DNA of 64,000 nt from Candidatus Limnocylindria bacterium (GCA_036003765.1 DASYSC010000221.1:2969-66968), one strand, 5' to 3'; shown: positions 1 to 10,543, numbered from the stretch's first letter. The notes: generated by a model from the sequence alone, not told the origin. A program made the numbers and translations.

Positions 1-2511
1 GTAGTAGACCTGCCCGCCCCGATCGACCTCGCGCACGATCGCCTCGCGCAGCACGTCGTCGCTCCGCTCGACGACGTGCGTCTCGATCGGCTGCCGGTTC
101 TCCGGCGGGGTCTCGATAACGCTGATGTCGCGCACGCCCGAGAGCGCCATGTGCAGTGTCCTGGGGATCGGCGTGGCGGTCATGGAGAGCACGTCGACCT
201 CGGTGCGCATCTGCTTCAGGCGCTCCTTGTGCTTGACGCCGAAGCGATGCTCTTCGTCGATCACCACGAGGCCGATGTCGCGGAACTGCACGTCCTTTTG
301 GAGCACCCGATGGGTGCCGACGACGATGTCGACCTCGCCGGTGCCGAGTGCGGCGGCCACGGCGCGCTGCTCGACGGGCGAGCGGAAGCGGGAGAGCATC
401 TCCACGTTCACCGGGAACGTCGCGAGGCGCTCTGCGAACGTCTCGTAGTGCTGCTGCGCCAGGACCGTCGTCGGCACCACGATCGCGACCTGCTTGCCGT
501 CCTGGACCGCCTTGAAGGCCGCGCGCAGCGCGACCTCTGTCTTGCCGTACCCGACGTCGCCGACGATGAGGCGGTCCATCGGCCGGCCGCGCTCCATGTC
601 GCGCTTGGTGTCCTCGATGGCCTGCAGCTGGTCGGGTGTTTCCGTGTACGGGAAGGCGTTCTCCATCTCGATCTGCCACGGGGTGTCGCGTCCGAAAGCG
701 AACCCCTGCGTCGCCTCCCGAGCCGCGTAGAGGCGGAGGAGCTCGCGCGCGATCTCTTCCGCGGCCTTCTTCGCCTTGCGCTTCGTCGCGACCCAGTCGC
801 GGCCGCCCAGCGTGGATAAGCCCGGAGGCGTCCCGCCGACGTAGCGCGTCACCTTGTCGACGCGCTCGGTCGGGAGCGCGACCACGTCCGTGCCGGCGAA
901 GCGGAGCTCTAGGTACTCGCGCACGACCCCGGCGACCTCGCGCGTGACGAATCGCTCGAACCGCGCGATGCCGTGGTCCTCGTGCACGACATGGTCGCCG
1001 GGCTTGAGGTCCGCGAGGAACGAGCCGATGTGCGCGCGGCGGCGGCGCTGCTCGGGGTGGCGCGGCTTGCGGAAGCCGAAGACCTCGGCATCAGTGAAGA
1101 CCCGCAGGTCGAGCTCGGGGATGGCGAAACCCTCCGCGAGCGGCACCCGGGCCACGACCAGCGCTCCGGCGCCGGGCGGGTCATCGACCGTCTCCTGCGC
1201 CACCGCTGGGATCTCGCGGTCGGCGAGGAGCTCGGCCAGGCGGGCCGCCTGCGGAGTCGCGACGATGCGCGTCCCCCGACCCGCTCCGGCGATCTCGCGG
1301 AGGAACTGGTCGAGCCGCCCGGCGTAGCTCGTCAGTCCGGACCACCCAAGCCGCACCGCATCCGGCGCAGGCCGCACGCGGACGGCGCCGTGCCGCTGCG
1401 CGAGCGCGTCGACCCGCGACCGGGGCACGTACGGGGGTGGGAAGACGCTCACGGGAAGGCCTTGGCCGGCGAGCTCCCCCCTTTTCTCTTCGGCCTGCGC
1501 CTCGAGGGCGTCGTGCGCGAGGTCGAGCTCGACGGTGTCCTCGAACACCACCGTCCCGCGATCGCCAAGGTGGTCGAGGAGCGACGCGGTCGCGCCCAAC
1601 GCGGGGGCGAAGGCGTCGGCGCCGGGCGCGTATCCGCCCTCACGCAGCGAATCGACGAGCCGTGCATAAAGGGAGAGATCCGCAGCCTCCTCGTCGTCGG
1701 CCCGCGCAGCCCGGTCCCACCCCGCCTCCGCCAGACGTTCGGCGAGCTCGGGCGCATTCTCCATCGAGAATTCGCGCGCCGGCAGGACGACGAGCTGATC
1801 CTGCGGCGACTGCGAGCGCTGCGTGACCGGATCGAACGCGCGGAGCGTCTCGATCTCGTCGCCGAAGAGCTCGACGCGAGCCGGCTGGTCCGCGGAGGCC
1901 GGATAGATGTCGATGATGCCGCCGCGCCGCGAGAACGTGCCGGGCTCGCTCACCTCGGTCACCGGCTCGTAGCCGAGATCGAAGAGCCACGACGCCGTCT
2001 CCTGCCAGGAGAGCCGATCGCCCGCGCGCAGAGTGCGCCCGCGCCGCGCGAGCTCGTCGGGCGGGATGGTGTGCTCGAGCAGCGCGCGCAAGCTCGTGAC
2101 GACAGCGACCGGGGTTTGCGCGGTCGCGAGTCGCCAAAGCGAGAGGAGCCGTTGATGCACCGCCGTGCCCGACGGCGCGCTCACCTCGAACGGCATCGTC
2201 TCGCGCTCCGGGAACGCGAGTACGCGTTCCTCGCCCAGCCATCCCGCGAGCTCGGCACGCCAGCGGCGCGCGCGGTCCTCGCTCGGCGCGACGAGAGCGA
2301 CAGTGCGGCCGCCGTTCGCGACGAGCGCCGACCACGCGAACGCTCGCGCGCCGGCGGTCGCGTCCGCGACCGAGACGCTCTCCCGATCGGCGAGCCGCGA
2401 AGCGAGCTCGCGGTAACGCTCGCTGCGTTCGGCCAGGGCCAGGATGCCCCCCAGCCGAGCGTCGTTCAGCTTGGGGGGTTCAAGGGGGGCTACGCCCCCC
2501 TTGATCTCAGC
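1..2511 (-). CDS. mfd: Transcription-repair coupling factor Mfd; 3' end (protein C-terminus) runs off the left edge of the window
   Basis: Reverse-strand translation gives MAEIKGG... at the N-terminus and the RecG/Mfd helicase motifs ...VVIDEEHRFGVKHKERLKQMRTEVDVLSMTATPIPRTL. pth lies immediately upstream, the classic pth-mfd order. The ORF track missed it because it runs off the window. Confidence 0.9.
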
Positions 2512-3181
2512 CATTGAACCGCTCCATCGCGCGCGGCATGCCCTCGCGAAGGGCGACCTCGACCGCCTCTGCCGCGCGCGCGAACGTCGCGTCGGCGGTC
2601 TCGCGTTCGTCCGCAGCGAACGGCGTGAGGACGTACGCGACGAGATCGGGAATCTCGGCGGCCGGATCCGCCGGCGCGACGCCGACGCGGAGGCGCGGGA
2701 AGTCCTCGCCGATGGCCGAGACGATCGAGCGCATCCCGTTGTGCGTCCCAGGGCCGCCGCGCTCGCGCAGCCGGATCTTCCCGAGTGGGAGGTCCACCTC
2801 ATCGAAGATCACGAGGAGCGCGGAGGGATCGACGCGATAGCGATCGAGCAGCTTGCGGATCGCGCGGCCCGAGTCGTTCATGAAGGTCTGCGGACGCGCG
2901 ATCGCGACCCGCACGCCGTCGATCGCGCCTTCGGCGATGCGCGAGTCGGCCGCTTTCACGGCGAACTCGGCCCGCGAGCGCTTCGCGAGCCGCGACGCCA
3001 CCTGAAAGCCCGCGTTGTGACGCGTCGCCGCGTAGCCCTCGCCGGGGTTGCCGAGCCCCACCACGACGCGATCGACGCGCGGCGGCGCGGAGATGCCGCC
3101 GCGGCCGAAGAGCTTCGCGAATCGCGCCACGGATCCTCCAAAACGCCGAAACGCCCCGTCCACTCGGACGGGGCATCGCAC
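2507..3181 (-). CDS. pth: Peptidyl-tRNA hydrolase (true start probably an internal GTG near 3130)
   Basis: VVGLGNPGEGYAATRHNAGF and the HNG motif; about 190 aa conserved core; overlaps the mfd start by 5 nt. Confidence 0.9.
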   Translation of the reverse strand: MRCPVRVDGAFRRFGGSVARFAKLFGRGGISAPPRVDRVVVGLGNPGEGYAATRHNAGFQVASRLAKRSRAEFAVKAADSRIAEGAIDGVRVAIARPQTFMNDSGRAIRKLLDRYRVDPSALLVIFDEVDLPLGKIRLRERGGPGTHNGMRSIVSAIGEDFPRLRVGVAPADPAAEIPDLVAYVLTPFAADERETADATFARAAEAVEVALREGMPRAMERFNG

Positions 3182-3183
3182 GC

Positions 3184-4056
3184 TTATTTCAGATCAACGA
3201 TAGCGTCCGCGACCGTGCGGGTGGAGCGCTCGGTGATCGGATCGAGCACCAGGATCGCCTCGTCGGCCCCGGCGGCTTCGAGGGCTCGAAGATGCGGACC
3301 GAGCTTTTCGACTTCGACCGGCGCGACTTCGTGCGGCCGTGTGCCCGCGCCCTCCCCCACGGTGACCAGAACGCACGCGCTGCGCGTGACGTCGCCGGGC
3401 TGGCGACCTGCGCGTTGGCAGGCTGCATTGATCTCAACGCGGAGTGACGCGAATCCATCCGGAGAGTTGCCGTACCAGCTGTACCACGCGTTCCACGCGT
3501 CGACGTGCGGAAGTGCGATTCCCAACATCCGCGCCCCCTTGGAACCGAGCAACAGCGGAATGCGACGCGACGGTCGCGGCAGGAGCGCCGCCTCGTCAAC
3601 CGTGTGGAACCGGCCGTGGAACGTGACGCGCTCGCCGGCGAGCAAGCGGCGGACGATCTCGAAGGCCTCCTCGAAGCGCGAGGCCAACCGGTCGGAGGGG
3701 ACGCCGAACGCGCGAAACTCGGGCTCGTTCCAGCCCGCGCCGAGACCGAGGACGAGCCGCCCGCCGCTCACTTCGTCGACGGACGCGGCCATCCTGGCGA
3801 GGATCCCCGGCGCGTGGAACGCCGTCGCGGCGACGAGCGGGCCGAGTCGGACGCGCGACGTGCTCGCTGCCAGCGCGGCGAGCTGTGTCCAGGAATCCCA
3901 GGGCCCCCGGTCGGGTCGCCCATCCGCTCGGTAAAGGAGGTGGTCGCCCACCCAGATCGAGTCGAAGCCGGAGTCCTCCGCCGCGCGCGCGATGGCGAAG
4001 ATCTCCGGCCAGCGCACCTCGCGCTCGACCTCGGGTAGCTGTATGCCGATGCGCAC
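3184..4056 (-). CDS. LLM-class (luciferase-like) F420/flavin-dependent oxidoreductase; start placed at GTG (VRIGIQLPE)
   Basis: The N-terminus RIGIQLP...WVGDHLL...GPLVAATAFH...LVLGLGAGW is typical of the luciferase-like monooxygenase family. The M1 at 4158 given in the track would overlap the divergent lipoprotein gene. Confidence 0.7.
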   Translation of the reverse strand: MRIGIQLPEVEREVRWPEIFAIARAAEDSGFDSIWVGDHLLYRADGRPDRGPWDSWTQLAALAASTSRVRLGPLVAATAFHAPGILARMAASVDEVSGGRLVLGLGAGWNEPEFRAFGVPSDRLASRFEEAFEIVRRLLAGERVTFHGRFHTVDEAALLPRPSRRIPLLLGSKGARMLGIALPHVDAWNAWYSWYGNSPDGFASLRVEINAACQRAGRQPGDVTRSACVLVTVGEGAGTRPHEVAPVEVEKLGPHLRALEAAGADEAILVLDPITERSTRTVADAIVDLK

Positions 4057-4084
4057 GGCGCACGACGATATCGTTGCGACCGTG

Positions 4085-4699
4085 ATGCGCGTCGCCGCGG
4101 CGGTTGCGCTCGCGGCGGTCGCGGCCGCAAGCTGCTCGCGGGCCGGTCCTCCGGTCATCGCGAGCGGATCCCCAGGTCAAACCGTGCGCGGCGCGGCGGA
4201 GACGGTGATCCTCCAGGCGTCGGACGTCCCCAACGATTACGTGCTCGAGACCGACGACGCTATGACCGCGCAGCAGCTCGCTGACGGCCTCACCACAAGC
4301 ATGAAGGCGCTCAAGGAGCGCGGCGCCTCGGGCTATGTCCGCGCGTTCAAGAAGCCCGACCAGGATTTCCACTGCTGCCTGGTCGACAGCATCCTCATCA
4401 TGACGGCCGATGCGAACGCCGCGAGGGCCGTCTTCGCAGACTTCCGTGCCAGCGCGCTCGCGCTGGGGTCGACCGAGACCGACCTCGGCGAGACGGTGGG
4501 CGATGATTCACGCGTGCTGGTGTTCCAACAGCCGACGGCCGACGGCGATCTGACCACCATGACGGTGCTCTTCCGCTACGCCAACGTGGTGGACGCGGTG
4601 GAAGTGACTGGGCGGCCCGGTTCATTCGAACGCGAGTACGTGCTGGAGTTCGCCCGAAAGCAGCTCGCGCGGCTTCGCGCTGACGCGGAGCGGACCTGA
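4085..4699 (+). CDS. Predicted lipoprotein (signal peptide with a Cys lipobox), function unknown
   Basis: MRVAAAVALAAVAAASC... reads as a signal peptide plus lipobox. Codon usage is consistent with coding. The TGATG junction couples it to the downstream aminotransferase. Confidence 0.55.
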   Translation: MRVAAAVALAAVAAASCSRAGPPVIASGSPGQTVRGAAETVILQASDVPNDYVLETDDAMTAQQLADGLTTSMKALKERGASGYVRAFKKPDQDFHCCLVDSILIMTADANAARAVFADFRASALALGSTETDLGETVGDDSRVLVFQQPTADGDLTTMTVLFRYANVVDAVEVTGRPGSFEREYVLEFARKQLARLRADAERT

Positions 4700-5799
4700 T
4701 GCGTTTCCCGCGCTTCGACATGGAGCGCATGCAGTCGACCTGGGAGCACAAGGTCCAGTACGACCTCTCCGAGTCCGGCGTCGAGGCGCTTACGGTCGAG
4801 GAGATCACGCGGGACGCCAAGGAGCTGATGCGCACGAAGCTCGGCTACGCCGAGGGCGTCGGGCGCGAGTCGACACGCGCGCTCGTCGCATCGATCCACC
4901 CGGGACGCGCCGCGGGAGATGTGGTCATCACCACGGGCACGAGCGAGGCGAATTTCCTCGGGCTCGCGACGCTCGTGTCATCCGGGGATGAGGTCGTGGT
5001 CGTCATGCCGAACTACATGCAGGTGCACGGCCTCGCGACCGGCATGGGCGCTCGCGTGCGCGAGGTCTGGTTGCGCGAGGAGCGCGGCTGGACGATCGAC
5101 CTCGACGCGCTGCGCGCTGCGGTGAACGCTAGAACGCGCGTCATCTGCGTCTGCCAGCCGAACAATCCGACGGGCCAGATCCTCTCTCAGGGCGAGATCG
5201 CGGAGGTCGTGCGGATCGCCGACCGACACGGCGCCTGGATCCTCGCGGATGAGGTCTATCGCGGCGCGGAGCGATCCGGCGAGGAGAGTCCCACGTTCAG
5301 CGGCCGTGGAGAGCGGGTCATCGTGACCGGCGGCCTCTCCAAGGTCTATGGGTTGCCCGGCCTGCGGATCGGCTGGCTCGTCGCCCCGGCGGAACGCGTG
5401 CAGGCCGCGGTCGAGATCAAGGACTACACGACCGTTGCGCCCGCGACGATCTCCGAGGTGCTTGCGGAGATCGCGCTCGAGCGACGCAAGCAGCTCCTCG
5501 AGCGCGCGCGGTTCCTGATCAACGAGCGCTGGCCGATGCTCGAAGACTGGGCGGGCGGGCGCTCGCGAGAGCTCCACTGGACCGCGCCAGCGGCGGGCGC
5601 GATCTGCTTCTTCAGCTACAAGTACCCGATCGACTCGATGGCGCTCGTCGATCGGCTCATCCGCGAGTACAGCACGATGATCGTTCCCGGCAACCACTTC
5701 CGCGCCGAGCGTCATTTGCGGATCGGCTTCGGGATGCTCCCGCGCGTCCTCCACTCAGGACTCGCGGCGATCGACCGCCTGCTGACCTCCCTCGACTAG
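4699..5799 (+). CDS. PLP-dependent aminotransferase, class I/II
   Basis: The fold-type I aminotransferase pattern is present (NPTG, SKVYGLPGLRIGW lysine region); 366 aa. Confidence 0.8.
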   Translation: MRFPRFDMERMQSTWEHKVQYDLSESGVEALTVEEITRDAKELMRTKLGYAEGVGRESTRALVASIHPGRAAGDVVITTGTSEANFLGLATLVSSGDEVVVVMPNYMQVHGLATGMGARVREVWLREERGWTIDLDALRAAVNARTRVICVCQPNNPTGQILSQGEIAEVVRIADRHGAWILADEVYRGAERSGEESPTFSGRGERVIVTGGLSKVYGLPGLRIGWLVAPAERVQAAVEIKDYTTVAPATISEVLAEIALERRKQLLERARFLINERWPMLEDWAGGRSRELHWTAPAAGAICFFSYKYPIDSMALVDRLIREYSTMIVPGNHFRAERHLRIGFGMLPRVLHSGLAAIDRLLTSLD

Positions 5800-5851
5800 A
5801 CGGCACAGAGGTTGCACGACCGTCGGGCAAGCTCGCACACAGGAGGTGGTC

Positions 5852-5992
5852 ATGTCCATCACGCTCATCCTGGCGGTCGTCGCCCTCATCTGTGGGATCC
5901 TCATGCTCGTCTCGGGACGCTGGTCGAAGTTCCCGCTCGCGGCCATCGCGATCATCTGCCTCGCACTGAATCAGACCGGTTACATCCGCTAG
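5852..5992 (+). CDS. Small membrane protein (46 aa, two predicted TM segments)
   Basis: AGGAGG at 5841-5846 sits 5 nt before the ATG. MSITLILAVVALICGILMLVSGRWSKFPLAAIAIICLALNQTGYIR. Not in the ORF track (below its length cutoff). Confidence 0.5.
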   Translation: MSITLILAVVALICGILMLVSGRWSKFPLAAIAIICLALNQTGYIR

Positions 5993-6004
5993 TTCGGGGC
6001 GCCG

Positions 6005-6037
6005 TAGCCGGGGTTGCCTGCTTGGTACCCCGGCTAC
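6005..6037 (+). promoter_or_regulatory. Perfect 11-bp-stem hairpin (GTAGCCGGGGT...ACCCCGGCTAC) ending 1 nt before the arginase-family start codon
   Basis: Read directly from the sequence. No SD is present for the downstream ATG at 6039, so the structure could act as a terminator for the small ORF or as a translation-control element. Confidence 0.45.
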
Positions 6038-6038
6038 C

Positions 6039-6887
6039 ATGCGCCCAGAAATGGCGGCTCGCCCGCTCCATCTCTTCGAGGCCGGCGTGGTCACCGAGCA
6101 GCAGTTCATCGGTCTCGGTGAGGCGCCCGCCGTCCTTGCCCCGCTCCTCGCCGAGCGCCTCGGCTGCGAGAAGCGGATCCGCATCCCGTTCAACCCACGC
6201 GATCGCTGGCTGAGCGCGGCGCGCGAGGCATGCCGGACGCTCGCCGACGGCGTGCTCGCGTCGTTGCGCGACGGCGCGTCAGCGGCGGTTATCGGCGGCG
6301 AATGCACACTCGTCGCAGGCGCACTCTCGGGTGCGCTGACCGCCGTTCCTGAGATCTCGCTCGTGTACTTCGACGCGCACGGTGACTTCAACACGCTCGC
6401 CACGACGCCGTCGCACTACGTCTCCGGAATGGTCCTCGCGCACCTCTGCGGCCGGTCGGTCGCGCCGCTGCTCTTCCCCGGCTCGCGGAGGATCGCCGAG
6501 GATCGCGTGGCGCTCGTCGGAGCGCGCGCACTGGATGTCGGCGAGACGGGAAACCTCGACCGCTCGCGCGTGCTGCGGATCGCCTTCGACGCGGAGCATC
6601 CTGAAGCGTCCGGACTCGTGGCGTGGGCGCGCCGCCGCTCCGTTTGGCTGCACGTCGACATCGATGTCGTGAACCCGCGCGAATTCCCGGCCGTTGCGTT
6701 CGCCGCCGTTGGCGGACCACCGCTGTCCGCGCTCGCCGACGTTCTCCGCCAGCTCTTCGCAGTTGCGGACGTGAAAGGCTTCTCGCTCTGCGGCTACGAC
6801 GCGCGCGCCGATAGGGGGCGCACGCTTGTGGCGGCGCTCGTCGACGCGTTCGCTGGCGCGGTGCCGAAGGTGCCGGTCCGGGCTTAA
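6039..6887 (+). CDS. Arginase/agmatinase/formiminoglutamase-family ureohydrolase
   Basis: DAHGDFN and HVDIDVV(NP) metal-binding motifs of the arginase superfamily are present. Confidence 0.75.
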   Translation: MRPEMAARPLHLFEAGVVTEQQFIGLGEAPAVLAPLLAERLGCEKRIRIPFNPRDRWLSAAREACRTLADGVLASLRDGASAAVIGGECTLVAGALSGALTAVPEISLVYFDAHGDFNTLATTPSHYVSGMVLAHLCGRSVAPLLFPGSRRIAEDRVALVGARALDVGETGNLDRSRVLRIAFDAEHPEASGLVAWARRRSVWLHVDIDVVNPREFPAVAFAAVGGPPLSALADVLRQLFAVADVKGFSLCGYDARADRGRTLVAALVDAFAGAVPKVPVRA

Positions 6888-7585
6888 GCCTCGCTGCCGA
6901 TGCGCGCCGCGATCTCGCGACGGTGCTCCCATTCGTGCTCGAGCATGCGGCGGATCACGCGGAACGCCGAGTACGTCGACTGGCCGGTCCTTCGTACCCG
7001 CTGTCGCTCGGTGGGCGTGAGCGCCGCAAGGCGGACGATCGCGGCGGGCCTCGCTTCGGCGAGCGCTAGGCGCAAGTCCAGCTCGCCCCGGTCCGCAGCG
7101 TTCGTCGGATCGCCCATCGCCTTGAGCGGGCCGACCAGCGCGTACACGTATCCCTTATCCGCGTCCAGGACGTGCAGAAGGATCTCGTGCAGGGACCGCC
7201 CTTTCGGTGGCTTGGCGCGCAGTCCCAGGTCGTCGATCCCCTTCACCAGAGCGAGCAGATCCTCACGCGACCACTCGAGCCACCGTAGGTAGCGGGCGAG
7301 ATCGCGCGAGCCCAGCGGTTTGATGTCCGGCGGAAAGATCGCCTGTCCTGAGAAGAGGCCCGCGGTGTTGTGCTCGGCGGTCCGCGTCTCGATCTTCTCG
7401 CTCGGATCGACCTTTTCGCCATGGCGCTTCAGGTAGCGCAGGTAGGCGCGTATCGCGTCCAGTGTCGCCGCGACCGCGTCGTCCGTGGTCTTGCCGTTCG
7501 CGACGCAGCCGAGCAGCTCGAGAACGTGCACGAGGGTCGTCTTCTTCTGCGGCCCCGACTCGAGGTACAGCGCATACATGGGCAC
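6884..7585 (-). CDS. HicB-like (UPF0150) N-terminal domain fused to a DinB/YfiT-like C-terminal domain; hypothetical
   Basis: The N-terminus MYALYLESGP...VHVLELLGCVANGKT...AIRAYL resembles HicB antitoxin. The C-terminus has an EHEWEHRRE His-rich motif like DinB_2. Confidence 0.45.
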   Translation of the reverse strand: MPMYALYLESGPQKKTTLVHVLELLGCVANGKTTDDAVAATLDAIRAYLRYLKRHGEKVDPSEKIETRTAEHNTAGLFSGQAIFPPDIKPLGSRDLARYLRWLEWSREDLLALVKGIDDLGLRAKPPKGRSLHEILLHVLDADKGYVYALVGPLKAMGDPTNAADRGELDLRLALAEARPAAIVRLAALTPTERQRVRRTGQSTYSAFRVIRRMLEHEWEHRREIAARIGSEA

Positions 7586-7594
7586 GCCAGTAGG

Positions 7595-8656
7595 CTAGAT
7601 GGCGGCGAGCTGATAGGCCTCGTCGGCAAGGTCGAGCATATGATCGAGGAGCAGGGCCCAGCCACGAACGACCTCGGCTGCGGGCCGGCGGCACTTACGT
7701 TCGATCCAACCGCGGCGGGTCGGATCCGCGATGCGTCCAAGCCAAAGCGGAAGCAATGGAGCCGCGTAGAGCGCAGCCGACGCGGCGTACGCGAAACGCA
7801 CGGTTCGCCCGTCGCCGCGCCATCCAGCGTCGCGCATCCCAGCCATGTAGGCCGAGAAGGCTCGGTCGCTCAACACCGTGAGCTCCTCAGGGTCCGCGTC
7901 GAGCCAGACGTGGCTCCCGCCCACGGTGATCGCGAGCTCCTGCCCGGCCGGCGCGGTGCCGATGAACGACCAGTCGATCGCGACCGTCCGCTCTCGACCG
8001 TCGGGCAATCGCGATCCGATGAGATTCGCGCGCCATGCGTCGAGGTGGGACAGCGTCTGGGGTAAGCGCTCGAGCCGATCGAAGAGGTCGGGCACGGCGT
8101 CGTGAAGCCGCTCCAGGCGTGCGATGGGTGGCTCCGGGAACTCGTGCGCGACGAGCGGGTCGGACCACGTCGCTGCGGAGCGGACCGCATCGATCCACGG
8201 CAGCCAGCTCGTCCACGAGCGCAGGTACGTGCGCGTGAAGAAGCTCTGTTCGGGCAGCGGGCGATCGGCGAGATACGCCCCGTTGAAGGTCCCGAGGTGC
8301 CGAGCGGCAAGGCCGTACCGCTCCGCCGGCCACGGGCCGAGGACCGACTCGGGCACATCCTCGAGCCATAGAAGGGTGAGCTCCCTCTCGCGCTCGGACG
8401 AACCGAGGAGCCGCGGCGCCGCGATGCCCGGCAGGCCGTCGAGAACGCCGGAGGTGTACGCCAGGAACTCCCGCTTCCAGTAATTCCAGGCGGCTTCACG
8501 GTCGGTGTCCGGGTCACGGCGGCTGACCTTCAGGATCAGGGACCACTCGCGGTCGGCCCCGTCGACGATCGCCCGACCGCTCCAGCGGTAGAGGGCGCGG
8601 TGGCCGGGCTGCATTCCGACCCACGCCAGCGGTGCGTACGCCGAAGAGGTGACCAC
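7595..8656 (-). CDS. Aminoglycoside/choline-kinase-type phosphotransferase family protein (APH-like kinase)
   Basis: The Brenner motif HLDAWRANL (HxDxxxxN) and the IDWSF...G (DxxxG) metal-binding motif are present. Confidence 0.6.
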   Translation of the reverse strand: MVTSSAYAPLAWVGMQPGHRALYRWSGRAIVDGADREWSLILKVSRRDPDTDREAAWNYWKREFLAYTSGVLDGLPGIAAPRLLGSSERERELTLLWLEDVPESVLGPWPAERYGLAARHLGTFNGAYLADRPLPEQSFFTRTYLRSWTSWLPWIDAVRSAATWSDPLVAHEFPEPPIARLERLHDAVPDLFDRLERLPQTLSHLDAWRANLIGSRLPDGRERTVAIDWSFIGTAPAGQELAITVGGSHVWLDADPEELTVLSDRAFSAYMAGMRDAGWRGDGRTVRFAYAASAALYAAPLLPLWLGRIADPTRRGWIERKCRRPAAEVVRGWALLLDHMLDLADEAYQLAAI

Positions 8657-8744
8657 GACGTCCCGAGCCGAGAGGAGCTTGCGCAGCAGGTCGGCGAGCT
8701 CGCCTGCGTCGCCGGCGAGCCCGGCGACGAGCGCGTCTAGGTCG

Positions 8745-8930
8745 CTAGTCGCCGTCGAGCGTGTTGCCTATGGTGAGCTCGCGCATCCAGTCCTCGAGCA
8801 GCTTGCCCATGCGATCGAGCGGCAGCGGTGCGCTCTTGGACACGCGGCGGTAGCGCGGCGGTTCGGGGAGCGGCCGCGCCGCCCAGTGCCCCGCCTGTAC
8901 GCGAGCGAGATCCTGAGCGGTGGCGGCCAT
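8745..8930 (-). CDS. Small hypothetical protein (61 aa) immediately after the glnA stop
   Basis: On the minus strand the glnA TAG is followed directly by GGAGGGACCGAGGAG and then ATG. There is no homology call. Confidence 0.3.
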   Translation of the reverse strand: MAATAQDLARVQAGHWAARPLPEPPRYRRVSKSAPLPLDRMGKLLEDWMRELTIGNTLDGD

Positions 8931-8944
8931 CTCCTCGGTCCCTC

Positions 8945-10411
8945 CTAGACGTCCGAATACAGATAGAACTCGTACGGGTGCGGACGGATCGCGACTTCCT
9001 TCGCGCTCGCGCGCTTGATCGTGAGCCACGTTTCGATCAGATCTTCGGTGAATACGTTCCCGCGCAGGAGGAAGTCGCGGTCGGCATCGAGCGCGTCGAG
9101 CACTTCCTCGAGCGAGCCCGGTGTTTGCTTCACGCGCTTCTTCGCCTCGCCGTCGAGCTCGTAGAGGTCGACGTCCATCGGCGTCGGCGGCTCGATCCGG
9201 TTGATCACGCCGTCGAGACCGGCCATGAGGCACGCCGAGAACGAGAGGTACGGGTTGCATGACGGGTCCGGCGCGCGGAACTCGAGGCGGCGCGCCTCGG
9301 GCTTGTCGAAGTACGTCGGGATGCGCACGCACGCCGAGCGGTTGCGCATCGAGTACACGAGGTTGATCGGCGCCTCGTAGCCGGGGACGAGACGCCGGTA
9401 GCTGTTCGTGGTCGGCGCGGCGAACGCCAGAATCGCCGGCGCGTGCTTCAAGAGGCCGCCGATGTAGTGGCGCGCCATCGTCGAGAGCAACGCGTAGCCG
9501 TCCTTGTCGTAGAAGAGGTTCGATCCATCCTTCCAGAGGCTCTGGTGCGTGTGCATCCCCGAGCCGTTGTCGCCGAAGAGCGGTTTGGGCATGAACGTCA
9601 CGACATATCCGTTCTTCGCGGCGACGTTCTTGGTGACGTACTTGTACTTCAGGACCTTGTCAGCCATCTCCACAAGCGTGGAGAAGCGCATGTCGATCTC
9701 GGTCTGCCCGGCCGTGCCCACCTCGTGGTGATGGACCTCGACCGCGACGCCCACGTCGATCAGAGCCCGGACCATCTTCGAGCGCAGGTCCTGAAGCTTG
9801 TCGGCTGGCGGGACCGGGAAGTAGCCCTCCTTGTACCGGGGACGATGCGCGAGGTTCGGGACGCCGCCGTCCTTGCCCGAGTTCCAGATGCCTTCCTCAG
9901 AGTCGATGTAGTAGTAGCCGCAGTTCTGCATCTGATCGAAGCGGATCGAGTTGAAGATGTAGAACTCGATCTCCGGGCCCCAGAACGAGGTGTCGGCGAT
10001 CCCGGTGGTGGGGAGGAATTCCTCGGCTTTCTTCGCGACGTACCGCGGGTCGCGCGAGTACGGCTTGCGCGTCAGCGGATCGATGACATCGCAAGTGATA
10101 TTGAGGGTCTTGATCTCGAGGATCGGATCGATGAAGACGGCGTTCGGGTCGGGCATGAGGAGCATGTCGCTCTCGTGGATGTGCTGGAAGCCGCGGATGG
10201 ACGATCCGTCGAACCCGATGCCGTCGGCGAAGAGACCTTCCGAGAGCTCTTCGACCGGGATCGAGAAGTGCTGCCAGGTGCCGGGCAGGTCGACGAAGCG
10301 CAGGTCGACGATCTTGACCTGCTGTTCCTTCGCGAGCTTGAGGATGTCTTTGGGCGAGGTCTTGGGTTGCGCGGGTGCCGCCGTCGCGGGCCGCTCCACG
10401 GTCAACGTCAT
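8945..10411 (-). CDS. glnA: Glutamine synthetase type I
   Basis: A full GSI motif set is present ([25 protein letters not shown]). The ATG at 10411 has GGGGAG 6 nt upstream. The track's M1 at 10417 is a TTG. Confidence 0.95.
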   Translation of the reverse strand: MTLTVERPATAAPAQPKTSPKDILKLAKEQQVKIVDLRFVDLPGTWQHFSIPVEELSEGLFADGIGFDGSSIRGFQHIHESDMLLMPDPNAVFIDPILEIKTLNITCDVIDPLTRKPYSRDPRYVAKKAEEFLPTTGIADTSFWGPEIEFYIFNSIRFDQMQNCGYYYIDSEEGIWNSGKDGGVPNLAHRPRYKEGYFPVPPADKLQDLRSKMVRALIDVGVAVEVHHHEVGTAGQTEIDMRFSTLVEMADKVLKYKYVTKNVAAKNGYVVTFMPKPLFGDNGSGMHTHQSLWKDGSNLFYDKDGYALLSTMARHYIGGLLKHAPAILAFAAPTTNSYRRLVPGYEAPINLVYSMRNRSACVRIPTYFDKPEARRLEFRAPDPSCNPYLSFSACLMAGLDGVINRIEPPTPMDVDLYELDGEAKKRVKQTPGSLEEVLDALDADRDFLLRGNVFTEDLIETWLTIKRASAKEVAIRPHPYEFYLYSDV

Positions 10412-10543
10412 CTGCAACTCCCCACGGGTTATGTCCAGACAAGCCTCTAGCCAGCGGTGTGCGAGGTGAACTGCCGGTTCGGTCGCGATTGGGTCCTGAT
10501 TCAGTAGCGACGGCCGGGGGGCCGAGCCCGCCGACAGTTACTT

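Noticed and set aside
2470-2500. GGGGGGTTCAAGGGGGGCTACGCCCCCC palindromic G/C tract
   Set aside because: It lies inside the N-terminal coding region of mfd (encodes ...IKGGVAPLEPPKLN...) and is most likely coding GC-richness rather than an element.
973-2517. 514-aa plus-strand ORF
   Set aside because: It is antisense to the clear mfd coding sequence. The high-GC, Arg/Ala-rich low-complexity translation is typical of spurious antisense ORFs.
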